From Methanotrichaceae archaeon (GTDB lineage Archaea > Halobacteriota > Methanosarcinia > Methanotrichales > Methanotrichaceae), in the NCBI GenBank assembly GCA_963803145.1, contig CAWDLW010000015.1:1-64000 (forward strand): DNA of 64,000 nt, read 5' to 3'. The position numbers were made by a program, and so were the translations under genes. Below the pieces are notes generated by a model, which searched no databases, had not been told where the DNA came from, and was given only the letters and a program-made list of their open reading frames with translations. Of this stretch, positions 51,976 through 60,583 are shown in pieces (the stretch's first letter is position 1; every line of letters starts with the position of its first letter).

Positions 51976-53114
51976 CAACGATGGCAGACAAAACTAAGAG
52001 TTTCAGTGAGCTCGAGCAATATCCGAAGCTGGTAGAGGAAGCTGTGCCGAACGAGAAGTGCCTGCCCTGCATACTCTGTGAGCCGGTCTGCCCAACGAAA
52101 GCGATAAAAGTTACATTTAATAAAACGAGAGATGACTTCGGCCCACTCAGGAAAGATATCGAGGGCAAGATAGAAATCGACAGGGAAAAGTGCAATCTCT
52201 GCGGCAGATGTGCCAGGTTCTGCAAGGCTTTTTTGCTTTTAGAGAAGGGCGAGAAGGAAAGGGAAAAGGAGCCGAGGGAGCTTGTTCCTTACGATCAATT
52301 GCTCGTTGACGAGGAGCTGTGCGATTATTGCGGCCTTTGCGCGTCACTCTGTCCTGAGGAGGCCATCAAGGTCGAGGGAAAGCCCCTGGATGAAGAGCTG
52401 AAGTTCGAGGGCAAGATAGAGATTGATAAAGATTTGTGCATAGGCTGTGGACGCTGTGCCTTGGTCTGCCCATACAAAGCGATGGATGTGAAGAAACCCT
52501 TCGAGGGCGAGATCAAAATGGTTGAGAAGCGCCTGATAAAATGCGATCCACAGGGCTGCCAGGCATGTTTCAATGTCTGTCCTGCAAAGTGCTGGTATGT
52601 AGATAGCCGCGGAAAGGCAGCGCCTGTAAAAGAGCAGTGCATCCTATGCGGAGCCTGTGCAAAGGCCTGCCCTGTCGATGCAATTGATGTTAGCAGATCT
52701 AAAGTCATCCACACAGCGATTGCAGAAACTCCCTGGGCAGCTGAATGGAGGGAGGCGATATCATCCATCATCACAGGCGAGCGGCAGCGGCCCGATGTGA
52801 GCATGGCTGTGGCACCTCCTGAAATTGAGAGGCCGCCGCTGCCCAAGCCTGAAAAGCCGAAGATAGATCCCGAGCTTCTAAAACTTGTGGACGAGGCCAT
52901 CTCTTCCCTTGAGCCGATATTGGAAAAGCCAAAGGTACGGCAGATCATGGAGCACGAAAATCCAGAGGAAGCGAGTGCCAAGATTGTGCAGCGGCTGAAG
53001 AAGGAAGTCTCGATGAAGAAAGGCACGGGGAGGAAAGGCACGGAGATGGAAGGCTCGAAGGAAGAAAGTTCGAGGAAGAAAGGCTTGAAGGAGGCCGCAG
53101 TGGGGGCGAAGTGA
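51972..53114 (+). CDS. polyferredoxin (FwdF/MvhB-like)
   Basis: About six 4Fe-4S motifs. Confidence 0.88.
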   Translation: MTTMADKTKSFSELEQYPKLVEEAVPNEKCLPCILCEPVCPTKAIKVTFNKTRDDFGPLRKDIEGKIEIDREKCNLCGRCARFCKAFLLLEKGEKEREKEPRELVPYDQLLVDEELCDYCGLCASLCPEEAIKVEGKPLDEELKFEGKIEIDKDLCIGCGRCALVCPYKAMDVKKPFEGEIKMVEKRLIKCDPQGCQACFNVCPAKCWYVDSRGKAAPVKEQCILCGACAKACPVDAIDVSRSKVIHTAIAETPWAAEWREAISSIITGERQRPDVSMAVAPPEIERPPLPKPEKPKIDPELLKLVDEAISSLEPILEKPKVRQIMEHENPEEASAKIVQRLKKEVSMKKGTGRKGTEMEGSKEESSRKKGLKEAAVGAK

Positions 53115-53115
53115 G

Positions 53116-53637
53116 ATGGCGGATAAGGAGTTCAAGCGGGAGGTTATAAGGCTGGCAGGGCCAGAGGTGCTGACCTGCATACAATGTGGAACATGCTCAG
53201 CAAGCTGTCCGACAGCGCATCTCATGAAGCCGAGCATTCGCAGGCTGATGAAGCTTGTTCTTGAGGGTGAGAAGGATGAGGCTCTTAGCAGCAATAGCAT
53301 ATGGCTGTGCACATCCTGCCAGCTCTGCACTGTGCGCTGCCCAAGAGGAATCAGGCCTAAGGCCGTTGTTGGTGCGCTGAAGGAAATTGCTGAAAAAGGA
53401 GGCATCAAAGGCCGGGACCAAGCTTACGATGAGGCGTTCCAGCGCCAGATAAAGGAATGTGGGCGGATATCAGAGCTTCCGCTTACAGGAGAATATATTC
53501 TTATTGAGCCCAAAGCAGCGGTCCAGGCAATGGAGATGGGGCTTGAGATGGCTTCAAAGGGAAAGATAAGCCTTGAGAAGGAGAAGGTCATGAGGCCCGA
53601 AGAGGTAAAAAGAATCATCGAGGAGCTGAGCAAATGA
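53116..53637 (+). CDS. hdrC: heterodisulfide reductase subunit C
   Basis: CIQCGTCSASCP and WLCTSCQLCTVRCPR motifs. Confidence 0.92.
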   Translation: MADKEFKREVIRLAGPEVLTCIQCGTCSASCPTAHLMKPSIRRLMKLVLEGEKDEALSSNSIWLCTSCQLCTVRCPRGIRPKAVVGALKEIAEKGGIKGRDQAYDEAFQRQIKECGRISELPLTGEYILIEPKAAVQAMEMGLEMASKGKISLEKEKVMRPEEVKRIIEELSK

Positions 53638-54500
53638 CTGAGCCCGAGCAGATGAAGCTCGCCTACTATCCGGGCTGCGTCTCTAAGTCGACGGGAAAGG
53701 AGATGGATCTCTCGACGAGGGCTGTCTGCAATGCATTGGGAGTAGCGCTACAGGAGCTCGATGACTGGAACTGCTGCGGCGCAACACATGTACCGAGTGA
53801 GCTTGTGGCGACAGGTCTCGCTGCCCGCAACCTTGCCCAGACGGATCTGCCAATAATGACTGCTTGCGCCATCTGCTATAGCAATCTTAGAAGCGCAGTA
53901 CAGAGGATGGAGGACCCACAGGTAAGGGCAAAGGTAAATGCAGTTCTCACGGAAAAATATACTGGCGCAGAGGTAAGGCATGCCCTCGATGTGATCCTGG
54001 AAGTCCTGCAAAAAAATAGTGACGTAATAGCAGTGCCGCTGAAGGACCTAAAGGTAGCGCCCTATTATGGCTGTTTGATGACCAGGCCGAAAGGCGTCGA
54101 GAGTCCTGAGTTCCCGACTATTCTTGAAAAACTCATAAAGCTGCTTGGAGCAGAGCCGCTGGACTTCAGGCTGAAAACGTTCTGCTGCGGAGGCCCTATA
54201 TTCATGCCTAGAAGCGAGGCTGCTGAGGATATAGCCTATAAGATCTTAAAGGAGGCGAAGCTGGCGGGGGCTGAGGTGATTGTTACATTGTGCCCGCTGT
54301 GCCACCTAATGCTTGACGCCAAGCAGAAGGCTCTGGAGATCAGACATGGGGAGAAGATCGGGATTCCTGTGCTTTATGTAACTCAGCTCGTGGGCATTGC
54401 CCTTGGTCTCGGTCCTGATGAGCTGGGATTAAACATGAATTCTGTGTCGCCGATGCCTGTTGTTGAGAAGATTTACGAGAGGATGGCGCAGGAAGGGTAG
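53634..54500 (+). CDS. hdrB: heterodisulfide reductase subunit B
   Basis: YYPGC, two CCG motifs and CPLCH. Confidence 0.93.
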   Translation: MTEPEQMKLAYYPGCVSKSTGKEMDLSTRAVCNALGVALQELDDWNCCGATHVPSELVATGLAARNLAQTDLPIMTACAICYSNLRSAVQRMEDPQVRAKVNAVLTEKYTGAEVRHALDVILEVLQKNSDVIAVPLKDLKVAPYYGCLMTRPKGVESPEFPTILEKLIKLLGAEPLDFRLKTFCCGGPIFMPRSEAAEDIAYKILKEAKLAGAEVIVTLCPLCHLMLDAKQKALEIRHGEKIGIPVLYVTQLVGIALGLGPDELGLNMNSVSPMPVVEKIYERMAQEG

Positions 54501-54680
54501 CGCTGATAGCGAGCTAAACTAAGCTGTTGAAGGCCGAAGACAAACAAGCTAATAGGCTTGTAGATCGTCTGCATATCTGCCAAAGACAAGATGATTATTT
54601 CAAAATTTCTTTGGTCGAAAAAATGCCTGGGATAAAATATCAGTGTATTTTTAATGTGAAAAGTTAACTTGTTTAAGTCT

Positions 54681-55163
54681 CTATGCGTCGGCACCTCGCG
54701 CACCCTGTAGCCCTGCTGCGGGGCGCCCTGACGCCGTTTGATTTCTGACAAGTACAGGACACTTGCTAAGCGTATCCGCCAGTTCACTCATCCTCACGGG
54801 CTTGGCTATATAACCATCCATGCCTGCTTCAATGCATCTCTCCTTGCCATCTGGAATGACATACGCAGTAAGTGCAATGATTATGGGCCGCTTCGAAGAA
54901 GGATAGCGTTTACGAATCTCCTTAGTTGCCGCAAAGCCATCCATCTTCGGCATGACAATATCCATCAGAACAAGGTCATACATCCGCTTTTCAAAGGCAT
55001 TCAGCACCTGCAAGCCATTATTTACGGCATCCGCATTATAGCCCAAGCGCTTGAGCATTATCAGAGTCACCCTCTGATTTGCCGGATCATCCTCAGCGAG
55101 CAATACATTCGGAGGGCTGCCGCTATCTATCCTTCCGTTAAGCTCTATACTAGCGAAATACAT
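54681..55163 (-). CDS. stand-alone response regulator
   Basis: LLAEDD, LMDIVMP and AKP motifs. Confidence 0.9.
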   Translation of the reverse strand: MYFASIELNGRIDSGSPPNVLLAEDDPANQRVTLIMLKRLGYNADAVNNGLQVLNAFEKRMYDLVLMDIVMPKMDGFAATKEIRKRYPSSKRPIIIALTAYVIPDGKERCIEAGMDGYIAKPVRMSELADTLSKCPVLVRNQTASGRPAAGLQGARGADA

Positions 55164-55325
55164 ACCCCCATAATGCTGTGGCTCATTTTGTGGTATACGT
55201 TGTGATCAAACAATTTAAATTTTTTGGGAGAAGTGTCAACGCATATTTTTTTAGGATTCGTCTTTATAGAGCAGGTATTTCCCAGAGCTTACCATATGAT
55301 TATTGTTAAGGGGATCTATCTCGCT

Positions 55326-57509
55326 TCAGATCCTATTGAACAGGTCCGCCTCAGCGCCCCCTTCCTCTTTCCGGTATGCTGACCTCATCGATGCGTCTAT
55401 TGCCTTACGATAGAACTTCTCTGTATATTCCTTCGCCATCCTGCGGGCGCTGAAGTTTGGCCCTCCCATCTTCATGGCCTCCTTCATTATCTCTACCCAG
55501 AGATGCGGCACACCCTCATCGTCTGCATCATAGTAGATGGGAACAGCCTTCTTCTCCAGGATATCGTAGATCGCAGCTGCATCTTTTGCATCTCTGTCAG
55601 GACCTTCTGCCCCCTGAAACGCCCAGCCGTTCTTTCCATCATAGCCCTCGATCCACCAGCCATCAAGGATGGATAGCTGAGGAACGCCGTTTATCGCAGC
55701 CTTCATCCCGCTCGTTCCTGACGCCTCCATTGGCGGAAGCGGGTTATTTACCCAGATATCCACGCCATGCACGAGATACTGGGCCAAGAGCTCATCATAG
55801 TCCTCAACAAAGGCTATTCGCCCTCCGAAGGTCTGGTCCTTTGCCGCATTGAATACCTGCTGAAGCAGCTGCTTGCTCTGCTGGTCATCCTGATGCGCCT
55901 TTCCTGCGAAGATTATTTGAACGGGCCTCCAGGGATCATTCACTATTCTCTTCAGCCTCTCCATATCCTGCAAAAGCAAGGCCGGCCTCTTATACGAGGC
56001 AAATCTGCGTGCAAATCCCAGAGTCAAAACAGGAGCATCAAGCAGAACTCCTGATGCCATGACAAGTCGCGGATCTGCCGTTCCCGAATCCATCCACTTC
56101 TGCCTCGCTCTTTCCCTGATCCTAGTTATGAGGATATCCTTCATAGCCAAGTGGTGGCTCCAGATAACTTCGTCGGGAATCTCGTCTATCAGCTCCCAGA
56201 TTCGGGGTTTATCGTGCTCCTCGAGCCAGTTCCTGCCTAGATATCTGCTGAATATAACCTCTCCAAGCCTTTTATCGATCCACGTGGGAACATGCACGCC
56301 ATTGGTGACATAATCTATGGGCACCTCGTTCTCGGGGAGATCTGGCCAGAGCCGATGCCACATCTTGCGTGTTACCTCCTGGTGCTTGCGGCTCACAGCA
56401 TTGCGATAAGCTGCCGATCTAAGGGCGAAAACTGTCATGTTGAATCCGCTTGGGCTCGCAGGATTGATACCAAGCTCGAAAAAGGCATCACGGCTCATCT
56501 CAAGCGCAGGGAGGTATGGCCCAAAGTACTTATCCATGAGTTGGAACGCGAAGACATCATGGCCCGCAGGCACGGGAGTATGGGTTGTAAAGACAGTAGT
56601 AGCCTTGACAGCTTCGAAGGCATCGCGGTAGCTCTCTCCTGATTCGACCATCTCCCTGATGCGCTCAAGAACGGCAAAGGCTGGATGGCCCTCGTTTAGG
56701 TGAAGTATTGAATAATGCAATCCCAAAGCCTTCAGGACTCTTATGCCGCCAATGCCTAAGACGATCTCCTGTCGGAGTCTTTGCTCAGGGTCTCCAGTGT
56801 ATAGGCGATCGGATATGCATCTATTCCAGGGATCATTAGCCTCGCTGGATGTATCAATCAGGTAAAGGTTGGTCTTTCCCACCTGGACCTTCCATACCTC
56901 AAGATATATGGGAGGATCTATGATTGGCACCTTTACGGAGAGGGGCTCACCTTTCTCATCCAGAACCCTTCTAATAGGCGCATTCTCCCGGTCCAGGATC
57001 TCACATGCTCCAACCTGCCACCCGTCGGGAGATAACTCCTGCCGAAGATATCCCTGAGGATACATGAAGCCGACACCTGTTGTCGGAATGCCCAGATCGC
57101 TGCATTCCTTAAGAAAGTCTCCAGCCAAAAAGCCTAGTCCTCCGGCATAAAATGGAAGAGCATGGTGTAGTCCATATTCAGCGGAAAAGTAGGCTATGGC
57201 ATATCTGCCTGGATCTGCAATGTTTGCACAGAACCAGCCGCTGGATACATCCATGTAGCTCTCGAACCTCGCCATGACCGCATCATAGTGTCTCAAGAAG
57301 TGCGGATCGTTTGAGGCGGCATCAAGAGCATCCTTTTCTATCCGGTTGAGCATTTTAACTGGATTGCTATTGCTCAGATACCACCCAGTACGGTTAAGAA
57401 GCCTGAAAATATTCCTCCCCTCCGGATTCCAAGCCCACCAGAGGTTGTAGGCCAGCTCCCTCAGACCTGAGATCCTCTCCGGGAGGTCGGGAAACTTGAT
57501 ATCATCCAT
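55326..57509 (-). CDS. glgP: alpha-glucan (glycogen) phosphorylase
   Basis: YAGGLG.LAGD, HLNEGHP and EASGTSGMK (PLP lysine) motifs. Confidence 0.95.
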   Translation of the reverse strand: MDDIKFPDLPERISGLRELAYNLWWAWNPEGRNIFRLLNRTGWYLSNSNPVKMLNRIEKDALDAASNDPHFLRHYDAVMARFESYMDVSSGWFCANIADPGRYAIAYFSAEYGLHHALPFYAGGLGFLAGDFLKECSDLGIPTTGVGFMYPQGYLRQELSPDGWQVGACEILDRENAPIRRVLDEKGEPLSVKVPIIDPPIYLEVWKVQVGKTNLYLIDTSSEANDPWNRCISDRLYTGDPEQRLRQEIVLGIGGIRVLKALGLHYSILHLNEGHPAFAVLERIREMVESGESYRDAFEAVKATTVFTTHTPVPAGHDVFAFQLMDKYFGPYLPALEMSRDAFFELGINPASPSGFNMTVFALRSAAYRNAVSRKHQEVTRKMWHRLWPDLPENEVPIDYVTNGVHVPTWIDKRLGEVIFSRYLGRNWLEEHDKPRIWELIDEIPDEVIWSHHLAMKDILITRIRERARQKWMDSGTADPRLVMASGVLLDAPVLTLGFARRFASYKRPALLLQDMERLKRIVNDPWRPVQIIFAGKAHQDDQQSKQLLQQVFNAAKDQTFGGRIAFVEDYDELLAQYLVHGVDIWVNNPLPPMEASGTSGMKAAINGVPQLSILDGWWIEGYDGKNGWAFQGAEGPDRDAKDAAAIYDILEKKAVPIYYDADDEGVPHLWVEIMKEAMKMGGPNFSARRMAKEYTEKFYRKAIDASMRSAYRKEEGGAEADLFNRI

Positions 57510-57760
57510 AAAGTTGCCATCTCCACATCATTGTAAAACGTATGTGCCTCTTAAGATATATCTTCCGATTTTGTATATAAGCTCAGATGCCAAACGTGAA
57601 TGAATTGATATATATTAAATACATATTTATTTTTAAATGAACGACTCGCGGCTTGAAGTGGGTACGCAGCAGTCGTTTGACTCTCATGCATTGGACTCAT
57701 TCTCGCCAGATGAGTAATAGGAAAAGCGTATATTCTTAGAGCTAGAAGGCACTGAATTAT

Positions 57761-59332
57761 ATGCCAAAGGAGATCCAGGTAGAGAATCGAAAATTTATTC
57801 TCAGTTATATATCGGATAATCCTGGCTCCCATTTAAGGAAAATTGCAAGGGATCTTGATATAAGCTTGAGTACTTTGAGGTATCACCTCGAATACCTGGA
57901 AAAGAAAGGAGAGATTAGTTGCCAAAAGCAAAACAATTTGAAAGTATATTTCCTCCCAGATAAGCTAAAGCCTCATGAGAAGATGCTGGTACCTATGCTG
58001 CAACAGAAACACTACCGAGACATCATTCTCGCTTTATTAGAGACTCCTGGGTTAACATCTTCCCAAATAGCGGATAAGTTATCAATGGGTAACTCTTCTG
58101 CCTCAAAATACATTAACATACTAGAGGATCAGGAGATATTGCTTCACCGGAAATCTGGCAGAGAGAAAAACTATTTTGTAAATAATGAACAGAACATCAT
58201 CGAACTTATGACCACATATAAAAAGTTCGTTGCAGATGTGAGTTATGAAGTTCGTACGCCCATGAATACAATTATGGGCATGACCAGCCTCCTTTTGGAA
58301 GAGGACATCACCCCTGAGCAGAAGGATTACATTGAGACCATAAGGAAAAGCGGCGAGGCCATGATGGTCCTTATCAACGATATCTTTGATCTCTCCAAGA
58401 CCGATAAAGATGGAGTGGCATTGGAGCATCAGCCGTTCAGCCTTCGAGGCTGCATCGAGGAGTCATTGGAAATCGTATCTGCTCAAGCCGATAAAAAAGG
58501 CTTGAACATGGTCTTCGCTATCAAGTACGGCACACCGGATACAATCGTTGGGGATCACGGAAGGCTTAGACAGGTTTTGGTTAATTTGCTTTCCAATGCG
58601 GTTAAGTTCACGGATGCTGGAGAGATCGATGTATCTGTCTCTTCTAAAGCTCTCGGAGATAACAAATGCCAAATCTCTTTCGCCATCAAAGATACCGGTA
58701 TAGGTATACCTATGGACAAAATGGCTCACATCTTCCAGCCTTTTAACCAGGCGGAGATGGATATTAGCGGCACAAACGGAGGTGCTGGTTTAGGATTACC
58801 CATAAGCAAGCGCCTTGTAGAGCTCATGGGTGGAACCATCTGGGCAGAGAGTGAGGTAGGCACTGGCTCAACCTTTTACTTCACAATCGAGACCAAAGCG
58901 GTCTCAGGTATATCCTCTAAACGTGAGAATTCCAACAAGCCAAATGAAAATTTAGCCGAGCGATATCCTTTACGCATCCTTGTGGCTGAGGATGATCCTT
59001 ACAACCAAAAAGTCCTCTTAGAGATGCTCAGAAAGATGGGGTACAGGGCTGATGCCGTGGCTGATGGCACAGAGGTCCTCCAAGCCCTCGAAATCGAGCC
59101 TTATGACTTAATCCTCATGGATATCAAGATGCCACAGATGGATGGTATCAAGGCTACCCACGAAATACGCAAGCTCTGGCCTAATAATGGGCCAAAGATA
59201 GTAGCGATCACAGCTTATGCCATGGCTGGAGACAAGGAGCGGTGCCTGGGAGCTGGCATGGATGATTATATCGCAAAGCCGGTTGCTATAGATAACCTGG
59301 CAGGGATACTAAGCAAGTATCAGCGATCCTAG
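57761..59332 (+). CDS. double winged-HTH fused to a hybrid histidine-kinase-like/receiver module
   Basis: NPGSH..IARDL..STLRYHL wHTH; HATPase G boxes; receiver; H-box reads SYEVRTP. Confidence 0.88.
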   Translation: MPKEIQVENRKFILSYISDNPGSHLRKIARDLDISLSTLRYHLEYLEKKGEISCQKQNNLKVYFLPDKLKPHEKMLVPMLQQKHYRDIILALLETPGLTSSQIADKLSMGNSSASKYINILEDQEILLHRKSGREKNYFVNNEQNIIELMTTYKKFVADVSYEVRTPMNTIMGMTSLLLEEDITPEQKDYIETIRKSGEAMMVLINDIFDLSKTDKDGVALEHQPFSLRGCIEESLEIVSAQADKKGLNMVFAIKYGTPDTIVGDHGRLRQVLVNLLSNAVKFTDAGEIDVSVSSKALGDNKCQISFAIKDTGIGIPMDKMAHIFQPFNQAEMDISGTNGGAGLGLPISKRLVELMGGTIWAESEVGTGSTFYFTIETKAVSGISSKRENSNKPNENLAERYPLRILVAEDDPYNQKVLLEMLRKMGYRADAVADGTEVLQALEIEPYDLILMDIKMPQMDGIKATHEIRKLWPNNGPKIVAITAYAMAGDKERCLGAGMDDYIAKPVAIDNLAGILSKYQRS

Positions 59333-59356
59333 AATGGTCTATGAACTTTCTTTAGA

Positions 59357-59633
59357 GCCTTTGAAGCCTTCTTTTCCGTTATGAAACTTTCTGATGACAA
59401 CGTTTAATATTTCATGATAATGATATTTAGTACTCTTCGCAATTCATAGCCTCATTGGTATTTTACTTCTCGGTTTGTGCTATATTTCTTATTTTGTACT
59501 ATATTTCTCAATTCGTGCTATAATTCGCAGCATGTGTCATAAAATGCATATATGTAGCAAATGTACTATGGCTTGGTGAGATAGGTCAATAACTGAATGT
59601 CTCCGTGGTTCCCACCTCTCTAAGTATTGTTCT
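59357..59633 (+). repeat. ~277-bp duplicated non-coding segment, copy 1
   Basis: Colinear with 63647-63923. Confidence 0.85.
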
Positions 59634-59672
59634 ATCTTGCGGCGTTCCAAAGCTAAGCGGGAGGATTGAATA

Positions 59673-59930
59673 ATGAGATCTAATGATAATTCAAAGAGAA
59701 GAAAGAGCCCTACCAAGGGACAAGAGCAAAGCGCTAAAGCTCCAAAGCAGGAGGCAATCGAGGCTGAAGAGCTCTATGACGATATATCAGGCGCTTTCCT
59801 TGTGAAATATAAGATCAATGATAAGGGCATAGGGCAAATAAGCTTGCCGCCCAGCCTCTCGATGGTGCTACAATCTGACCAAATATACATTTCGCCGTCT
59901 GGAGGTGGTCTGTTTATCCGATCGATTTAG
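59673..59930 (+). CDS. hypothetical protein (possible AbrB-like C-terminus)
   Basis: GGAGG RBS; 'KINDKGIGQISLPPSL'. Confidence 0.55.
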   Translation: MRSNDNSKRRKSPTKGQEQSAKAPKQEAIEAEELYDDISGAFLVKYKINDKGIGQISLPPSLSMVLQSDQIYISPSGGGLFIRSI

Positions 59931-60046
59931 CCATGAGCGAGTCAGGAGCTATGCCATCATCTAAGTTGGGTGCATAAGCAATACCGGGACGATATTAAGG
60001 CGTAATTAGTTATAACCAGTTCAATGCAACTTTGTAAAGATAAGGG

Positions 60047-60334
60047 GTGGATAAATTGTTGACGGATATGGAATTGGAGAATCTGGACGGGGCCATTAAG
60101 GCCATCGGCCAGGTTAACACCTGTATGACTGCGTCTGTAATAGAAGGTGCTAAGAAATCCCTAATTGAAAAAGGCTATGAGGGCGCAGGAGCTTATGCTG
60201 CCCAGCTTACTGGAACAGATGATAACACCGAATTGTTGAGAATTCTGACCATCCTCCAGAAGTATAAACTCGGACAGGAAGCTGCGGTCAAGGTTCTGGA
60301 CAATCTGAACCACGTGTCTTCAGGAAAATGGTAA
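60047..60334 (+). CDS. hypothetical protein
   Basis: 95-aa ORF. Confidence 0.55.
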   Translation: MDKLLTDMELENLDGAIKAIGQVNTCMTASVIEGAKKSLIEKGYEGAGAYAAQLTGTDDNTELLRILTILQKYKLGQEAAVKVLDNLNHVSSGKW

Positions 60335-60382
60335 GTTAGAGAGTGTAATAAAAACCGGTCAAGGTATAAATGGGTGATTATT

Positions 60383-60520
60383 ATGGCTATATGTACATTT
60401 TGCGGCAAGCCTGCAGAGAAGGAAGTTGGTAAAAAAGGAGTTTGCAAGGTTTGTGCAAGGGAAATTATCAAGACTTTTAAAGATGAACTAACAGGAAAAT
60501 CCTCTAAATCAAAGAGCTAA
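60383..60520 (+). CDS. small zinc-finger protein (45 aa)
   Basis: Manually translated MAICTFCGKPAEKEVGKKGVCKVCAREII..; GGTGA RBS. Confidence 0.7.
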   Translation: MAICTFCGKPAEKEVGKKGVCKVCAREIIKTFKDELTGKSSKSKS

Positions 60521-60583
60521 CTGAAAAGCAAAATTTTTTATTTAATTCTTTAAATGAATTAATTCGTATTCTTTATCTTAGGC

